A program made the translations under genes and the position numbers. 64,000 nucleotides of DNA from the human T2T-CHM13v2.0 reference genome, Homo sapiens: the NCBI RefSeq assembly GCF_009914755.1, contig NC_060933.1; one strand, 5' to 3'. This document shows positions 41,831 to 57,700 of this stretch, piece by piece. The notes below the pieces were generated by a model. That model searched no databases, was not told the origin of the DNA, and saw nothing but the letters and a program-made list of their open reading frames with translations. The number at the start of each line of letters is the position of its first letter. The stretch's first letter is position 1.

Positions 41831-44800
41831 TCCATTCCGTTCCATTCCATTCCATTCCATTGTATTCGGGTTAATTCCATTCCATTCCATTCCATTCCAT
41901 TCCATTACAATCGAGTTGATTCCATTCCATTCCATTCCATTCCAGTCCTTTCCATTCCATTCCACTCGGGTTGATTCCATTCTATTAGTTTCCATTCCAT
42001 TCCATTCCCTTCCATTCCACTCTGGTTGATTCCATTGCTTTCCATTCCACTCGAATACATTCCCTCCTATTCCACTCGGAACGATTCCATTCCATTCCAT
42101 TCCATTCCATTCCATTCCATTCCATTCCATTCCTTTCCATTTCGTTCCATTCCTTTCTATTCCGTATCATTCCATTCCATTCCATTCCATTCCATTCCAT
42201 TCCATTCCATTCCATTCCATTCCATTCCATTGTACTCGGGTTGATTCCATTCCATTGCATTCCATTCCATTCCATTCCATTCCATTCCTTTCCATTCCAT
42301 TCCATTACATTCGGATTGATTCTTTTCAACTCCCTTACTCTACATTACATTCCATTCCATTGGGGTTGTTCCATTCCATTTCATTCCATTCCACTCCATT
42401 CCATTTCACTCGGGTTGATTCCATTCCATTCCATTCCATTCCATTCCATTCCGGATGATACCATTCCATTGCATTCCGTTCCATTACATTCCCCTGCACT
42501 CGGGTTGATTCCATTCCATTCCATTCCATTCCATTCGATTCCATTCCATTTCCCTGCACTCGCGTTGATTCCATTCCATTAGATTCCATTCCATTCCATT
42601 CCATTCCTTTCCGTTCCATTCCATTCCATTCCATTCCATTCCATTCCATTCCGTTCCGTTCCATTCCATTCCAATCCATTCTATTCGGGTTAATTCCATT
42701 CCATTCCATTCAATTGCAATCGAGTTGATTCCATTCCATTCCATTCCATTCCATTCCATTCCATTCCATTCCTTTCCATTCCATTACTGATGATTCCATT
42801 CCATTGTATTCCATTCCATTCCATTCCCCTGTACTCGGGTTGATTCCATTCCATTCCATTCCAATCCATGCCATTCCACTCGTGTTGATTCCATTCTTTA
42901 GTTTCCATTCAAGTTGAATCCATTCCATTGCATTCCATTCCATTCGATTCCATTCGATTGCACTCGGGTTGATTCCATTCCATTGCATTCCATTCCATTC
43001 CATTCCATTCCATTCCATTCCGTTCCATTGCATTTCATTACATTCAGATTGATTCTATTCAATTCCCTTACACTCCGTTATATTCCAATCCATTCTGGTT
43101 GTTTCCATTCCATTCCATTCCATTTCACTCCATTCCATTGCACTCGGGTTGATTCCATTCCATTCCATTCCATTCCATTCCGGATGATTCCATTCTATTG
43201 CATTCCATTCCATTCCATTCCCCTGCACTCGGGTTGATTCCTTTCCATTCCATTACATTATATTCCGTTCCATTACATTCCATTCCATTCGGATTGATTC
43301 TATTCAATTCCCTAACTCTTCATTACATTCCATTCCATTCGGGTAGTTTCCATTCCATTCCATTCCATTCCTCTCTATTCCATTGCACTCGGGTTGATTC
43401 CATTCCATTCCATTCCATTCCATTCCATTCCATTCCATTCCATTCCATTCCTTTCCATTCCATTCCATTCCATTGTACTCGGGTTGATTCCATTCCATTG
43501 CATTCCATTCCATTCCATTCCATTCCATTCCGTTCCATAACATTCCATTACATTCGGATTGATTCTATTCAACTCCCTTACTCTCCATTACATTCGATTC
43601 CATTCGGGTTGTTCCATTCCATTCCATTCCATTCCACTCCATTCCATTGCACTCGGGTTTATTCCATTCCATTCCATTCCATTCCGGAAGTTTCCAATCC
43701 ATTGCATTCCATTAAATTCCATTCCCCTGCATTCGCGTTGATTCCATTCCATTCCATTCCATTCCATTCCATTCCATTCCATTCCATTGTTTTCCGTTCC
43801 ATTCCATTCCATTCCATTCCATTCCATTCCATTCCATTCCGTTCCGTTCCGTTCCGTTCCATTCCATTCCATTCCATTCTATTCGGGTTAATTCCTTTCC
43901 ATTCCATTCGATTGCAATCGAGTTGATTCCATTCCATTCCATTCCATTCCATTCCATTCCATTCCTTTCCATTCCATTACGGATGATTCCATTCCATTGC
44001 ATTCCATTCCATTCCATTCCCCTGTACTCGGGTTGATTCCATTCCATTCCATTCCAATCCATGCCATTCCACTCGTGTTGATTCCATTCTTTCCATTCCA
44101 TTCCGGATGATTCCATTCCGTTGCATTCCATTCCATTCCATTCCCCTGCATTCGGGTTGATTCCATTCCATTCCACTCCATTCCGTTCCATTCCATTCCA
44201 TTCCCTTGTATTCGGGTTAATTCCATTCCATTCCATTCCATTCCATTCCATTCCATTCCATTCCATTACAATCGAGTTGATTCCATTCCATTCCATTCCA
44301 GTCCAGTCCTTTCCATTCCATTCCACTCGGGTTGATTCCATTCTATTAGTTTCCATTCCATTCCATTCCCTTCCATTCCACTCTGGTTGATTCCATTCCT
44401 TTCCATTCCACTCGAATACATTCCCTCCTATTCCACTCGGAACGATTCCATTCCATTCCATTCCATTCCATTCCATTCCTTTCCATTCCATTCCATTCCA
44501 TTCCATTTCGTTCCATTCCTTTCTATTCCGTATCATTCCATTCCATTCCATTCCATTCCATTCCATTCCATTCCATTCCATTGTATTCGGGTTGATTCCA
44601 TTCCATTGCATTCCATTCCATTCGATTCCATTCCATTCCGTTGCATTCCATTCCATTACATTCGGATTGATTCTATTCAACTCCCTTACTCTCCATTACA
44701 TTCCATTCCATTCGGGTTGTTCCATTCCATTCCATTCCATTCCACTCCATTCCATTGCACTCGGGTTTATTCCATTCCATTCCATTCCATTCCGGAAGAT

Positions 44801-47800
44801 TCCATTCCATTGCATTCCATTCCATTCCATTCCCCTGCACTCGCGTTGATTCCATTCCATTCCATTCCATTCCATTCCATTGCATTCCATTCCATTCCTT
44901 TCCGTTCCATTCCATTCCATTCCATTCCATTCCATTCCATTCCGTTCCGTTCTGTTCCATTCCATTCCATTCCATTCTATTCGGGTTAATTCCATTCCAT
45001 TCCATTCGATTGCAATCGAGTTGATTCCATTCCATTCCATTCCATTCCATTCCATTCCATTCCATTCCTTTCTATTCCATTACGGATGATTCCATTCCAT
45101 TGCATTCCATTCCATTCCATTCCCCTGTACTCGGGTTGATTTCATTCCATTCCATTCCAATCCATGCCATTCCACTCGTGTTGATTCCATTCTTTCCATT
45201 CCATTCAAGTTGAATCCATTCCATTGCATTCCATTCCATTCGATTCCATTCGATTGCACTCTGGTTGATTCCATTCCATTGCATTCCATTCCATTCCATT
45301 TCATTCCATTCCATTCCATTTCATTCCATTCCATTCCTTTCCATTCCATTCCATTCCATTCCATTCCATTCCGTTGCAATCGAGTTGATTCCTTTCCATT
45401 CCTTTCCATTCCATTCCATTGCCTTGCATTCCACTCGGGTTGATTCCATTCCCTTCTTTCCACTCCATTATATTCCCTTCCATTCCACTCGGAATGATTG
45501 ATTCCATTCCATTCCATTCAATTTCATTCCATTGCAATCCATTCCAATCCATTCTATTCCATTCCATTCCACTCGAGTTGATTTCATTCCATTCCTTTCC
45601 ATTCCATTCCATTCCTTTCCACTCGAGTTGATTCCATTCCATTCCATTCCATTGCATTCCATTCCATGCCATTACACTCGGGTTGATTCCATTCCATTCC
45701 ATTCCATTCCATTGCATTCCATTCCATTCCATTACCCTGAAATCGGGTTGATTCCATTCCATTCCATTCCATTTAATTCCATTCCATTCCATTCCATTCC
45801 ATTCCAATCCGTTCCATTCCATTCCACTCCATTGCAATCGTCTTGATTCCATTCCATTCCATTCCATTCCATTCCATTCCATTTTGTTCCAATCCATTCT
45901 ATTCTGAACCATTCCATTCCATTCCATTCCATTCCATTCCATTCCATTCCATGCCATTCCACTCGGGTTGATTCCATTCCTTTCCACTCCATTCGGGTTG
46001 AATTCATTCCACTCCATTCCATTCCATTCGAATCCATTCCATTGCACTCCGGTTGATTCAATTCCATTCCATTCCATTCGATTCCATTCCATTCCATTCC
46101 ATTCCGTTCCATTCCATTTCATTACATTCAGATTGATTCTATGCAATTCCCTTACACTCCATTATATTCCAATCCATTCTGGTTGTTTCCATTCCATTCC
46201 ATTCCATTTCACTCCATTCCATTGCACTCGGTTTGATTCCATTCCATTCCATTCCATTCCATTCCATTCCGGAAGATTCCATTCCATTGCATTCCATTCC
46301 ATTCCATTCCCCTGCACTCAGGTTGATTCCATTCCATTCCATTCCACTCCATTCGGTTCCGTTCCATTCCATTCTATTGCATTCCATTCTATTCGGGTTA
46401 ATTCCATTCCATTCTATTCCATTCCATTCCATTCCATTCCATTGCAATGGAGTTGATTCCATTCCATTCCATTCCATTCCGGATGATTCCATTCCATTGC
46501 ATTCCATTCCATTCCATTCCGCTGCACTCGTGTTGATTCCATTGCCTTCCATTCCATTCCATTCCGTTCCATTCCATTGCATTCCATTCTATTCCGGTTA
46601 ATTCCATTCCATTCCATTCCATTCCATTCCATTCCATTCCATTCCATTCCATTCCTTTGCAATCGAGTTGATTCCATTCCATTCCTTTCCATTCCATTCC
46701 ATTGCCTTGCATTCCAATCGGGTTGATTCCATTCCCTTCTTTCCACTCCATTACATTCCCTTCCATTCCACTCGGAATGATTGATTCCATTCCATTCCAT
46801 TCCATTTCATTCCATTGAAATCCATTCCAATCCATTCCATTCCATTCCATTCCACTCGAGTTGATTTCATTCCATTCCTTTCCATTCCATTCCATTCCTT
46901 TCCACTCGAGTTGATTCCATTCTATTCCATTCCATTGCATTCCATTCCATGCCATTCCACTCGGGTTGATTCCATTCCTTTCCATTCCATTCCATTCCAT
47001 TCCATTCCATTCCGTTGCATTCCATTCCATTACATTCTGATTGATTCTATTCAACTCCCTTACTCTCCATTACATTGCATTCCATTCGGGTTGTTCCATT
47101 CCATTCCATTCCATTCCACTCCATTCCATTGCACTCGGGTTCATTCCATTCCATTCCATTCCATTCCATTCCATTCCATTCCGGATGATTCCATTCCATT
47201 GCATTCCGTTCCATTACATTCCCCTGCACTCGCGTTGATTCCATTCCATTCCATTCCATTCCATTCAATTCCATTCCATTACAATTCGTTCCATTCCATT
47301 CTATTCCGTACCATTCCATTCCATTCCATACCATTCCATTCCAATCCATTCCATTCCATTCCATTCCACTCGAGTTGATTTCATTCCATTCCTTTCCATT
47401 CCATTCCATTCCTTTCCACTCGAGTTGATTCCATTCTATTCCATTCCATTGCATTCCATTCCATGCCATTCCAATCGGGTTGATTCCATTCCTTTCCATT
47501 CCATTCCATTCCATTCCATTCCATTCCATTCCATTCCGTTCCATTCCGTTCCATTCCATTCCATTCCATTCTATTCGGGTTAATTCCATTCCATTCCATT
47601 CCATTCCATTCTATTCCATTCCATTGCAATCGAGTTGAATCCATTGCATTTCATTCCATTCCATTCCATTCCATTCCATTCCGGAAGATTCCATTCCTTT
47701 GCATTCCATTCCATTCCATTCCCCTGCACTCGCGTTGATTCCATTCCATTCCATTCCATTCCATTCCATTCCATTCCATTCCATTCCATTCCTTTCCGTT

Positions 47801-48739
47801 CCTTTCCATTCCATTCCATTCCATTCCATTCCATTCCATTCCGTTCCGTTCCATTTCATTCCATTCCATTCTATTCGGGTTAATTCCATTCCATTCCATT
47901 CGATTGCAAACGTGTTGATTCCATTCCATTCCATTCCATTCCATTCCATTCCATTCCTTTCCATTCCATTACGGATGATTCCATTCCATTGTATTCCATT
48001 CCATTCCATTCCCCTGTACTCGGGTTGATTCCATTCCATTCCATTCCAATCCATGCTATTCCACTCGTGTTGATTCCATTCTTTCCATTCCATTCAAGTT
48101 GAATCCATTCCATTGCATTCCATTCCATTCGATTCCATTCGATTGCACTCGGGTTGATTCCATTCCATTGCATTCCATTCCATTCCATTCCATTCCATTC
48201 CATTCCATTCCATTACATTCGGATTGATTCTATTCAATTCCCTTACACTCCATTACATTCCATTCCATTCGGGTAGTTTCCGTTCCATTCCATTCCATTC
48301 CTCTCCATTCCATTGCACTCGGGTTGATTCCATTCCGTTGCATTCCATTCCATTCCATTCAATTCCATTCCGTTCCATTCCATTACATTCGGATTGATTC
48401 TATTCAACTCCCTTACTCTCCATTACATTCCATTCCATTCGGGTTGTTCCATTGCATTCCATTCCATTCCACTCCATTCCATTGCACTCGGGTTGATTCC
48501 ATTCCATTCCATTCCATTCCATTGCATTCCATTCCATTCCGGAAGATTCCATTCCATTGCATTCCATTCCATTCCATTCCCCTGCACCCGCGTAGATTCC
48601 ATTCCATTCCATTCCATTCCATTCCATTCTATTCCATTCCATTGCAATCGAGTTGAATCCATTGCATTTCATTCCATTCCATTCCATTCCATTCCTTTCC
48701 GAAAGATTCCATTCCATTGCATTCCATTCCATTCCATTC

Positions 48740-51700
48740 CCCTGCACTCGCGTTGATTCCATTCCATTCCATTCTATTCCATTCCATTCCCTTCCTTTCC
48801 GTACCATTCCATTCCATTCCATTCCATTACATTCCGTTCCGTTCCATTCCATTCCATTCCATTCTATTCGGGTTAATTCCATTCCATTCAATTCGATTCT
48901 AATCGAGTTGATTCCATTCCATTCCATTCCATTCCATTCCATTCCATTCCATTCCATTCCCGATGATTCCATTCCATTCCATTCGATTCCATTCGATTCC
49001 CCTGCACTCGCGTGGATTCCATTCCATTCCATTCCATTCCATTCCATTCCATTCCATTCCATTCCTTTCCGTTCCATTCCATTCCATTCCATTCCATTCC
49101 GTTCCGTTCCATTCCATTCCATTCCATTCTATTCGGGTTAATTCCATTCCATTCCATTCGATTGCAATCGAGTTGATTCCATTCCATTCCATTCCATTCC
49201 ATTCCATTCCATTCCATTCCTTTCCATTCCATTACGGATGATTACATTCCATTGCATTCCATTCCATTCCATTCCCCTGTACTCGGGTTGATTCCATTCC
49301 ATTCCATTCCAATCCATGCCATTCCACTCGCGTTGATTCCATTCTTTACTTTCCATTCAAGTTGAATCCATTCCATTGCATTCCATTCCATTCGAATACA
49401 TTCGATTGCACTCGGGTTGATTCCATTACATTGCATTCCATTCCATTCCATTCCATTTCATTCCATTCCGTTCCATTGCATTTCATTACATTCAGATTGA
49501 TTCTATTCAATTCCCTTACACTCCGTTATATTCCAATCCATTCTGGTTGTTTCTATTACATTCCATTCCATTTCACTCCATTCCATTGCACTCGGGTTGA
49601 TTCCATTCCATTCCATTCCATTCCATTCCGTATGATTCCATTCCATTGCATTCCATTCCATTCAATTCCCCTGCACTCGGGTTGATTCCATTCCATTCCA
49701 TTACATTACATTCCGTTCCATTACATTCCATTCCATTCGGATTGATTCTATTCAATTCCCTAACACTTCATTACATTCCATTCCATTCGGGTAGTTTCCA
49801 TTCCATTCCATTCCATTCCTCTCTATTCCATTGCACTCGGGTTGATTCCATTCCATTCCATTCCATTCCATTCCATTCCATTCCATTCCATTCCTTTCCA
49901 TTCCATTCCATTCCATTGTACTCGGGTTGACTCCATTCCATTGCATTCCATTCCATTCCATTCCATTCCATTCCGTTCCATTCCATTCCATTACATTCGG
50001 ATTGATTCTATTCAACTCCCTTACTCTCCATTACATTCGATTCCTTTCGGGTTGTTCCATTCCATTCCATTCCATTCCACTCCATTCCATTGCACTCGGG
50101 TTTATTCCATTCCATTCCATTCCATTCCGGAAGATTCCATTCCATTGCATTCCATTACATTCCATTCCCCTGCACTCGCGTTGATTCCATTCCATTCCAT
50201 TCCATTCCATTCCATTCCATTCCATTCCATTCCGTTCCGTTCTTTTCCATTCCATTCCATTCCATTCTATTCGGGTTAATTCCATTCCATTCCTTTCGAT
50301 TGCAATCGAGTTGATTCCATTCCATTCCATTCCATTCCTTTCCATTCCTTTCCATTCCATTACGGATGATTCCATTCCATTGCATTCCATTCCATTCCAT
50401 TCCCCTGTACTCGGGTTGATTCCATTCCATTCCATTCCAATCCATGCCATTCCACTCGTGTTGATTCCATTCTTTCCATTCCATTCAAGTTGAATCCATT
50501 CCATTGCATTCCATTCCATTCGATTATATTCGATTGCACTCTGGTTGATTCCATTCCATTGCATTCCATTCCATTCCATTTCATTCCATTCCATTCCATT
50601 TCATTCCATTCCATTCCTTTCCATTCCCTTCCATTCCATTCCATTCCATTCCGTTGCAATCGAGTTGATTCCTTTCCATTCCTTTCCATTCCATTCCATT
50701 GCCTTGCATTCCACTCGGGTTGATTCCATTCCCTTCTTTCCACTCCATTATATTCCCTTCCATTCCACTCGGAATGATTGATTCCATTCCATTCCATTCC
50801 ATTTCATTCCATTGCAATCCATTCCAATCCATTCCATTCCATTCCATTCCACTCGAGTTGATTTCATTCCATTCCTTTCCATTCCATTCCATTCCTTTCC
50901 ACTCGAGTTGATTCCATTCCATTCCATTCCATTGCATTCCATTCCATGCCATTCCACTCGGGTTGATTCCATTCCATTCCATTCCATTCCATTGCATTCC
51001 ATTCCATTCCATTCCCCTGAAATCGGGTTGATTCCATTCCATTCCATTCCATTTAATTCCATTCCAATCCATTCCATTCCATTCCATTCCAATCCGTTCC
51101 ATTCCATTCCATTCCATTGCAATCGTCTTGATTCCATTCCATTCCATTCCATTCCATTCCATTCCATTCCATTCCATTTTGTTCCAATCCATTCTATTCT
51201 GAACCATTCCATTCCATTCCATTCCATTCCATTCCATTCCATTCCATGCCATTCCACTCGGGTTGATTCCATTCCTTTCCACTCCATTCGGGTTGAATCC
51301 ATTCCACTCCATTCCATTCCATTCGAATCCATTCCATTGCACTCCGGTTGATTCAATTCCATTCCATTCCATTCGATTCCATTCCATTCCATTCCATTCC
51401 GTTCCATTCCATTTCATTACATTCAGATTGATTCTATGCAATTCCCTTGCACTCCATTTTATTCCAATCCATTCTGGTAGTTTCCATTCCATTCCATTCC
51501 ATTTCACTCCATTCCATTGCACTCGGTTTGATTCCATTCCATTCCATTCCATTCCATTCCGGATGATTCCATTCCATTGCATTCCATTCCATTCCATTCC
51601 CCTGCACTCAGGTTGATTCCATTCCATTCCATTCCACTCCATTCGGTTCCGTTCCATTCCATTCTATTGCATTCCATTCTATTCGGGTTAATTCCATTCC

Positions 51701-54700
51701 ATTCTATTTCATTCCACTCCATTCAATTCCATTGCAATGGAGTTGATTCCATTCCATTCCATTCCATTCCGGATGATTCCATTCCATTGCATTCCATTCC
51801 ATTCCATTCCCCTGCACTCGTGTTGATTCCATTCCCTTCCATTCCATTCCATTCCGTTCCATTCCATTGCATTCCATTCTATTCCGGTTAATTCCATTCC
51901 ATTCCATTCCATTCCATTCCATTCCATTCCATTCCATTGCATTCCATTAATTTGCAATCGAGTTGATTCCATTCCATTCCTTTCCATTCCATTCCATTGC
52001 CTTGCATTCCAATCGGGTTGATTCCATTCCCTTCTTTCCACTCCATTACATTCCCTTCCATTCCACTCGGAATGATTGATTCCATTCCATTCCATTCCAT
52101 TTCATTCCATTGCAATCCATTCCAATCCATTCCATTCCATTCCATTCCACTCGAGTTGATTTCATTCCATTCCTTTCCATTCCATTCCATTCCTTTCCAC
52201 TCGAGTTGATTCCATTCTATTCCATTCCATTGCATTCCATTCCATGCCATTCCACTCGGGTTGATTCCATTCCTTTCCATTCCATTCCATTCCATTCCAT
52301 TCCATTCCATTCCATTCCATTCCGTTGCATTCCATTCCATTACATTCTGATTGATTCTATTCAACTCCCTTACTCTCCATTACATTGCATTCCATTCGGG
52401 TTGTTCCATTCCATTCCATTCCATTCCACTCCATTCCATTGCACTCGGGTTCATTCCATTCCATTCCATTCCATTCCATTCCATTCCGGATGATTCCATT
52501 CCATTGCATTCCGTTCCATTACATTCCCCTGCACTCGCGTTGATTCCATTCCATTCCATTCCATTCCATTCAATTCCATTCCATTACAATTCGTTCCATT
52601 CCATTCTATTCCGTACCATTCCATTCCATTACATACCATTCCATTCCAATCCATTCCATTCCATTCCATTCCACTCGAGTTGATTTCATTCCATTCCTTT
52701 CCATTCCATTCCATTCCTTTCCACTCGAGTTGATTCCATTCTATTCCACTCCATTGCATTCCATTCCATGCCATTCCACTCGGGTTGATTCCATTCCTTT
52801 CCATTCCATTCCATTCCATTCCATTCCATTCCGTTCCATTCCGTTCCATTCCGTTCCATTCCATTCCATTCCATTCTATTCGGGTTAATTCCATTCCATT
52901 CCATTCCATTCCATTCCATTCTATTCCATTCCATTGCAATCGAGTTGAATCCATTGCATTTCATTCCATTCCATTCCATTCCATTCCATTCCGGAAGATT
53001 CCATTCCTTTGCATTCCATTCCATTCCATTCCCCTGCACTCGCGTTGATTCCATTCCATTCCATTCCATTCCATTCCATTCCTTTCCGTTCCTTTCCATT
53101 CCATTCCATTCCATTCCATTCCATTCCGTTCTGTTCCGTTCCATTCCATTCCATTCCATTCTATTCGGGTTAATTCCATTCCATTCCATTCGATTGCAAT
53201 CGTGTTGATTCCATTCCATTCCATTCCATTCCATTCCATTCCTTTCCATTCCATTACGGATGATTCCATTCCATTGTATTCCATTCCATTCCATTCCCCT
53301 GTACTCGAGTTGATTCCATTCCATTCCATTCCTATCCATGCTATTCCACTCGTGTTGATTCCATTCTTTCCATTCCATTCAAGTTGAATCCATTCCATTG
53401 CATTCCATTCCATTCGATTCCATTCGATTGCACTCGGGTTGATTCCATTCCATTGCATTCCATTCCATTCCATTCCATTCCATTCCATTCCATTCCATTA
53501 CATTCGGATTGATTCTATTCAATTCCCTTACACTCCATTACATTCCATTCCATTCGGGTAGTTTCCATTCCATTCCATTCCATTCCTCTCCATTCCATTG
53601 CACTCGGGTTGATTCCATTCCGTTGCATTCCATTCCATTCCATTCAATTCCATTCCGTTCCATTCCATTACATTCGGATTGATTCTATTCAACTCCCTTA
53701 CTCTCCATTTCATTCCATTCCATTCGGGTTGTTCCATTGCATTCCATTCCATTCCACTCCATTCCATTGCACTCGGGTTGATTCCATTCCATTCCATTCC
53801 ATTCCATTGCATTCCATTCCATTCCGGAAGATTCCATTCCATTGCATTCCATTCCATTCCATTCCCCTGCACTCGCGTAGATTCCATTCCATTCCATTCC
53901 ATTCCATTCCATTCTATTCCATTCCATTGCAATCGAGTTGAATCCATTGCATTTCATTCCATTCCATTCCATTTCATTCCATTCCGAAAGATTCCATTCC
54001 ATTGCATTCCATTCCATTCCATTCCCCTGCACTCGCGTTGATTCCATTCCATTCCATTCCATTCCATTCCATTCCATTCCGTTCCATTCCGTTCCATTCC
54101 GTTCCGTTCCATTCCATTCCATTCCGTTCCATTCCATTCCATTCCATTCCATTCTATTCGGGTTAATTCCATTCCATTCAATTCGATTGCAATCGAGTTG
54201 ATTCCATTCCATTCCATTCCATTCCATTCCATTACATTCCTTTCCATTCCATTACGGATGATTCCATTCCATTGCATTCCATTCCATTCCATTCCCCTGT
54301 ACTCGGGTTGATTCCATTCCATTCCATTCCTATCCATGCCATTCCACTCGTGTTGATTCCATTCTTTCCATTCCATTCAAGTTGAATCCATTCCATTGCA
54401 TTCCATTCCATTCGATTCCATTCGATTGCACTCGGGTTGATTCCATTCCATTGCATTCCATTCCATTCCATTCCATTCCATTCCATTCCATTCCGTTCCA
54501 TTCCATTTCATTACATTCAGATTGATTCTATTCAATTCCCTTACACTCCATTGTATTCCAATCCATTCTGGTTGTCTCCATTCCATTCCATTGCATTTCA
54601 CTCCATTCCATTGCACTCGGGTTGATTCCATTCCATTCCATTCCATTGCATTCCATTCCATTCCATTCCGGATGATTCCATTCCATTGCATTCCATTCCA

Positions 54701-57700
54701 TTCCATTCCCCTGCACTCGGGTTGATTCCATTCCATTCCATTCCATTCCATTCCGGATGATTCCATTCCATTGCATTCCAATCCATTCCAATCCCCTGCA
54801 CTCGGGTTGATTCCATTCCATTCCACTCCATTCCGTTCCATTCCATTCCATTCCATTGTATTCGGGTTAATTCCATTCCATTCCATTCCATTCCATTCCA
54901 TTACAATCGAGTTGATTCCATTCCATTCCATTCCATTCCAGTCCTTTCCATTCCATTCCACTCGGGTTGATTCCATTCTATTAGTTTCCATTCCATTCCA
55001 TTCCCTTCCATTCCACTCTGGTTGATTCCATTGCTTTCCATTCCACTCGAATACATTCCCTCCTATTCCACTCGGAACGATTCCATTCCATTCCATTCCA
55101 TTCCATTCCATTCCATTCCATTCCATTCCATTCCATTCCATTTCGTTCCATTCCTTTCTATTCCGTATCATTCCATTCCATTCCATTCCATTCCATTCCA
55201 TTCCATTCCATTCCATTGTACTCGGGTTGATTCCATTCCATTGCATTCCATTCCATTCCATTCCATTCCATTCCATTCCATTCCTTTCCATTCCATTCCA
55301 TTACATTCGGATTGATTCTTTTCAACTCCCTTACTCTACATTACATTCCATTCCATTGGGGTTGTTCCATTCCATTCCATTCCATTCCACTCCATTCCAT
55401 TTCACTCGGGTTGATTCCATTCCATTCCATTCCATTCCATTCCATTCCGGATGATACCATTCCATTGCATTCCGTTCCATTACATTCCCCTGCACTCGGG
55501 TTGATTCCATTCCATTCCATTCCATTCCATTCGATTCCATTCCATTTCCCTGCACTCGCGTTGATTCCATTCCATTAGATTCCATTCCATTCCATTCCAT
55601 TCCTTTCCGTTCCATTCCATTCCATTCCATTCCATTCCATTCCGTTCCGTTCCATTCCATTCCAATCCATTCTATTCGGGTTAATTCCATTCCATTCCAT
55701 TCAATTGCAATCGAGTTGATTCCATTCCATTCCATTCCATTCCATTCCATTCCATTCCTTTCCATTCCATTACTGATGATTCCATTCCATTGTATTCCAT
55801 TCCATTCCATTCCCCTGTACTCGGGTTGATTCCATTCCATTCCATTCCAATCCATGCCATTCCACTCGTGTTGATTCCATTCTTTAGTTTCCATTCAAGT
55901 TGAATCCATTCCATTGCATTCCATTCCATTCGATTCCATTCGATTGCACTCGGGTTGATTCCATTCCATTGCATTCCATTCCATTCCATTCCATTCCATT
56001 CCATTCCATTCCATTGCATTTCATTACATTCAGATTGATTCTATTCAATTCCCTTACACTCCGTTATATTCCAATCCATTCTGGTTGTTTCCATTCCATT
56101 CCATTCCATTTCACTCCATTCCATTGCACTCGGGTTGATTCCATTCCATTCCATTCCATTCCATTCCGGATGATTCCATTCCATTGCATTCCATTCCATT
56201 CCATTCCCCTGCACTCGGGTTGATTCCTTTCCATTCCATTACATCATAATCCGTTCCATTACATTCCATTCCATTCGGATTGATTCTATTCAATTCCCTA
56301 ACTCTTCATTACATTACATTCCATTCGGGTAGTTTCCATTCCATTCCATTCCATTCCTCTCTATTCCATTGCACTCGGGTTGATTCCATTCCATTCCATT
56401 CCATTCCATTCCATTCCATTCCATTCCATTCCATTCCATTCCTTTCCATTCCATTCCATTCCATTGTACTCGGGTTGATTCCATTCCATTGCATTCCATT
56501 CCATTCCATTCCATTCCATTCCGTTCCATAACATTCCATTACATTCGGATTGATTCTATTCAACTCCCTTACTCTCCATTACATTCGATTCCATTCGGGT
56601 TGTTCCATTCCATTCCATTCCATTCCACTCCATTCCATTGCACTCGGGTTTATTCCATTCCATTCCATTCCATTCCGGAAGTTTCCAATCCATTGCATTC
56701 CATTAAATTCCATTCCCCGGCATTCGCGTTGATTCCATTCCATTCCATTCCATTCCATTCCATTCCATTCCATTCCATTCTTTTCCGTTCCATTCCATTC
56801 CATTCCATTCCATTCCATTCCATTCCGTTCCGTTCCGTTCCGTTCCATTCCATTCCATTCCATTCTATTCGGGTTAATTCCTTTCCATTCCATTCGATTG
56901 CAATCGAGTTGATTCCATTCCATTCCATTCCATTCCATTCCTTTCCATTCCATTACGGATGATTCCATTCCATTGCATTCCATTCCATTCCATTCCCCTG
57001 TACTCGGGTTGATTCCATTCCATTCCATTCCAATCCATGCCATTCCACTCGTGTTGATTCCATTCTTTCCATTCCATTCCGGATGATTCCATTCCGTTGC
57101 ATTCCATTCCATTCCATTCCCCTGCACTCGGGTTGATTCCATTCCATTCCACTCCATTCCGTTCCATTCCATTCCATTCCATTGTATTCGGGTTAATTCC
57201 ATTCCATTCCATTCCATTCCATTCCATTCCATTCCATTACAATCGAGTTGATTCCATTCCATTCCATTCCATTCCAGTCCTTTCCATTCCATTCCACTCG
57301 GGTTGATTCCATTCTATTAGTTTCCATTCCATTCCATTCCCTTCCATTCCACTCTGGTTGATTCCATTCCTTTCCATTCCACTCGAATACATTCCCTCCT
57401 ATTCCACTCGGAACGATTCCATTCCATTCCATTCCATTCCATTCCATTCCATTCCATTCCATTCCATTCCATTTCGTTCCATTCCTTTCTATTCCGTATC
57501 ATTCCATTCCATTCCATTCCATTCCATTCCATTCCATTCCATTCCATTGTATTCGGGTTGATTCCATTCCATTGCATTCCATTCCATTCGATTCCATTCC
57601 ATTCCGTTGCATTCCATTCCATTACATTCGGATTGATTCTATTCAACTCCCTTACTCTCCATTACATTCCATTCCATTCGGGTTGTTCCATTCCATTCCA

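Larger units (their letters stand above)
35911..48739. repeat. Higher-order tandem unit, copy A (~12.83 kb)
   Basis: Collinear with 48740-61680 throughout. ORF pairs 36129/48963, 37651/50490, 38434/51263, 40613/53609, 42914/55900, 45210/58181, 46815/59781, 48324/61260. Shared private variants CCCGATGATT, TTCTTTAGTTTCC, GAAGTTTCCAATCC, GCACCCGCGTAG. Confidence 0.9.
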
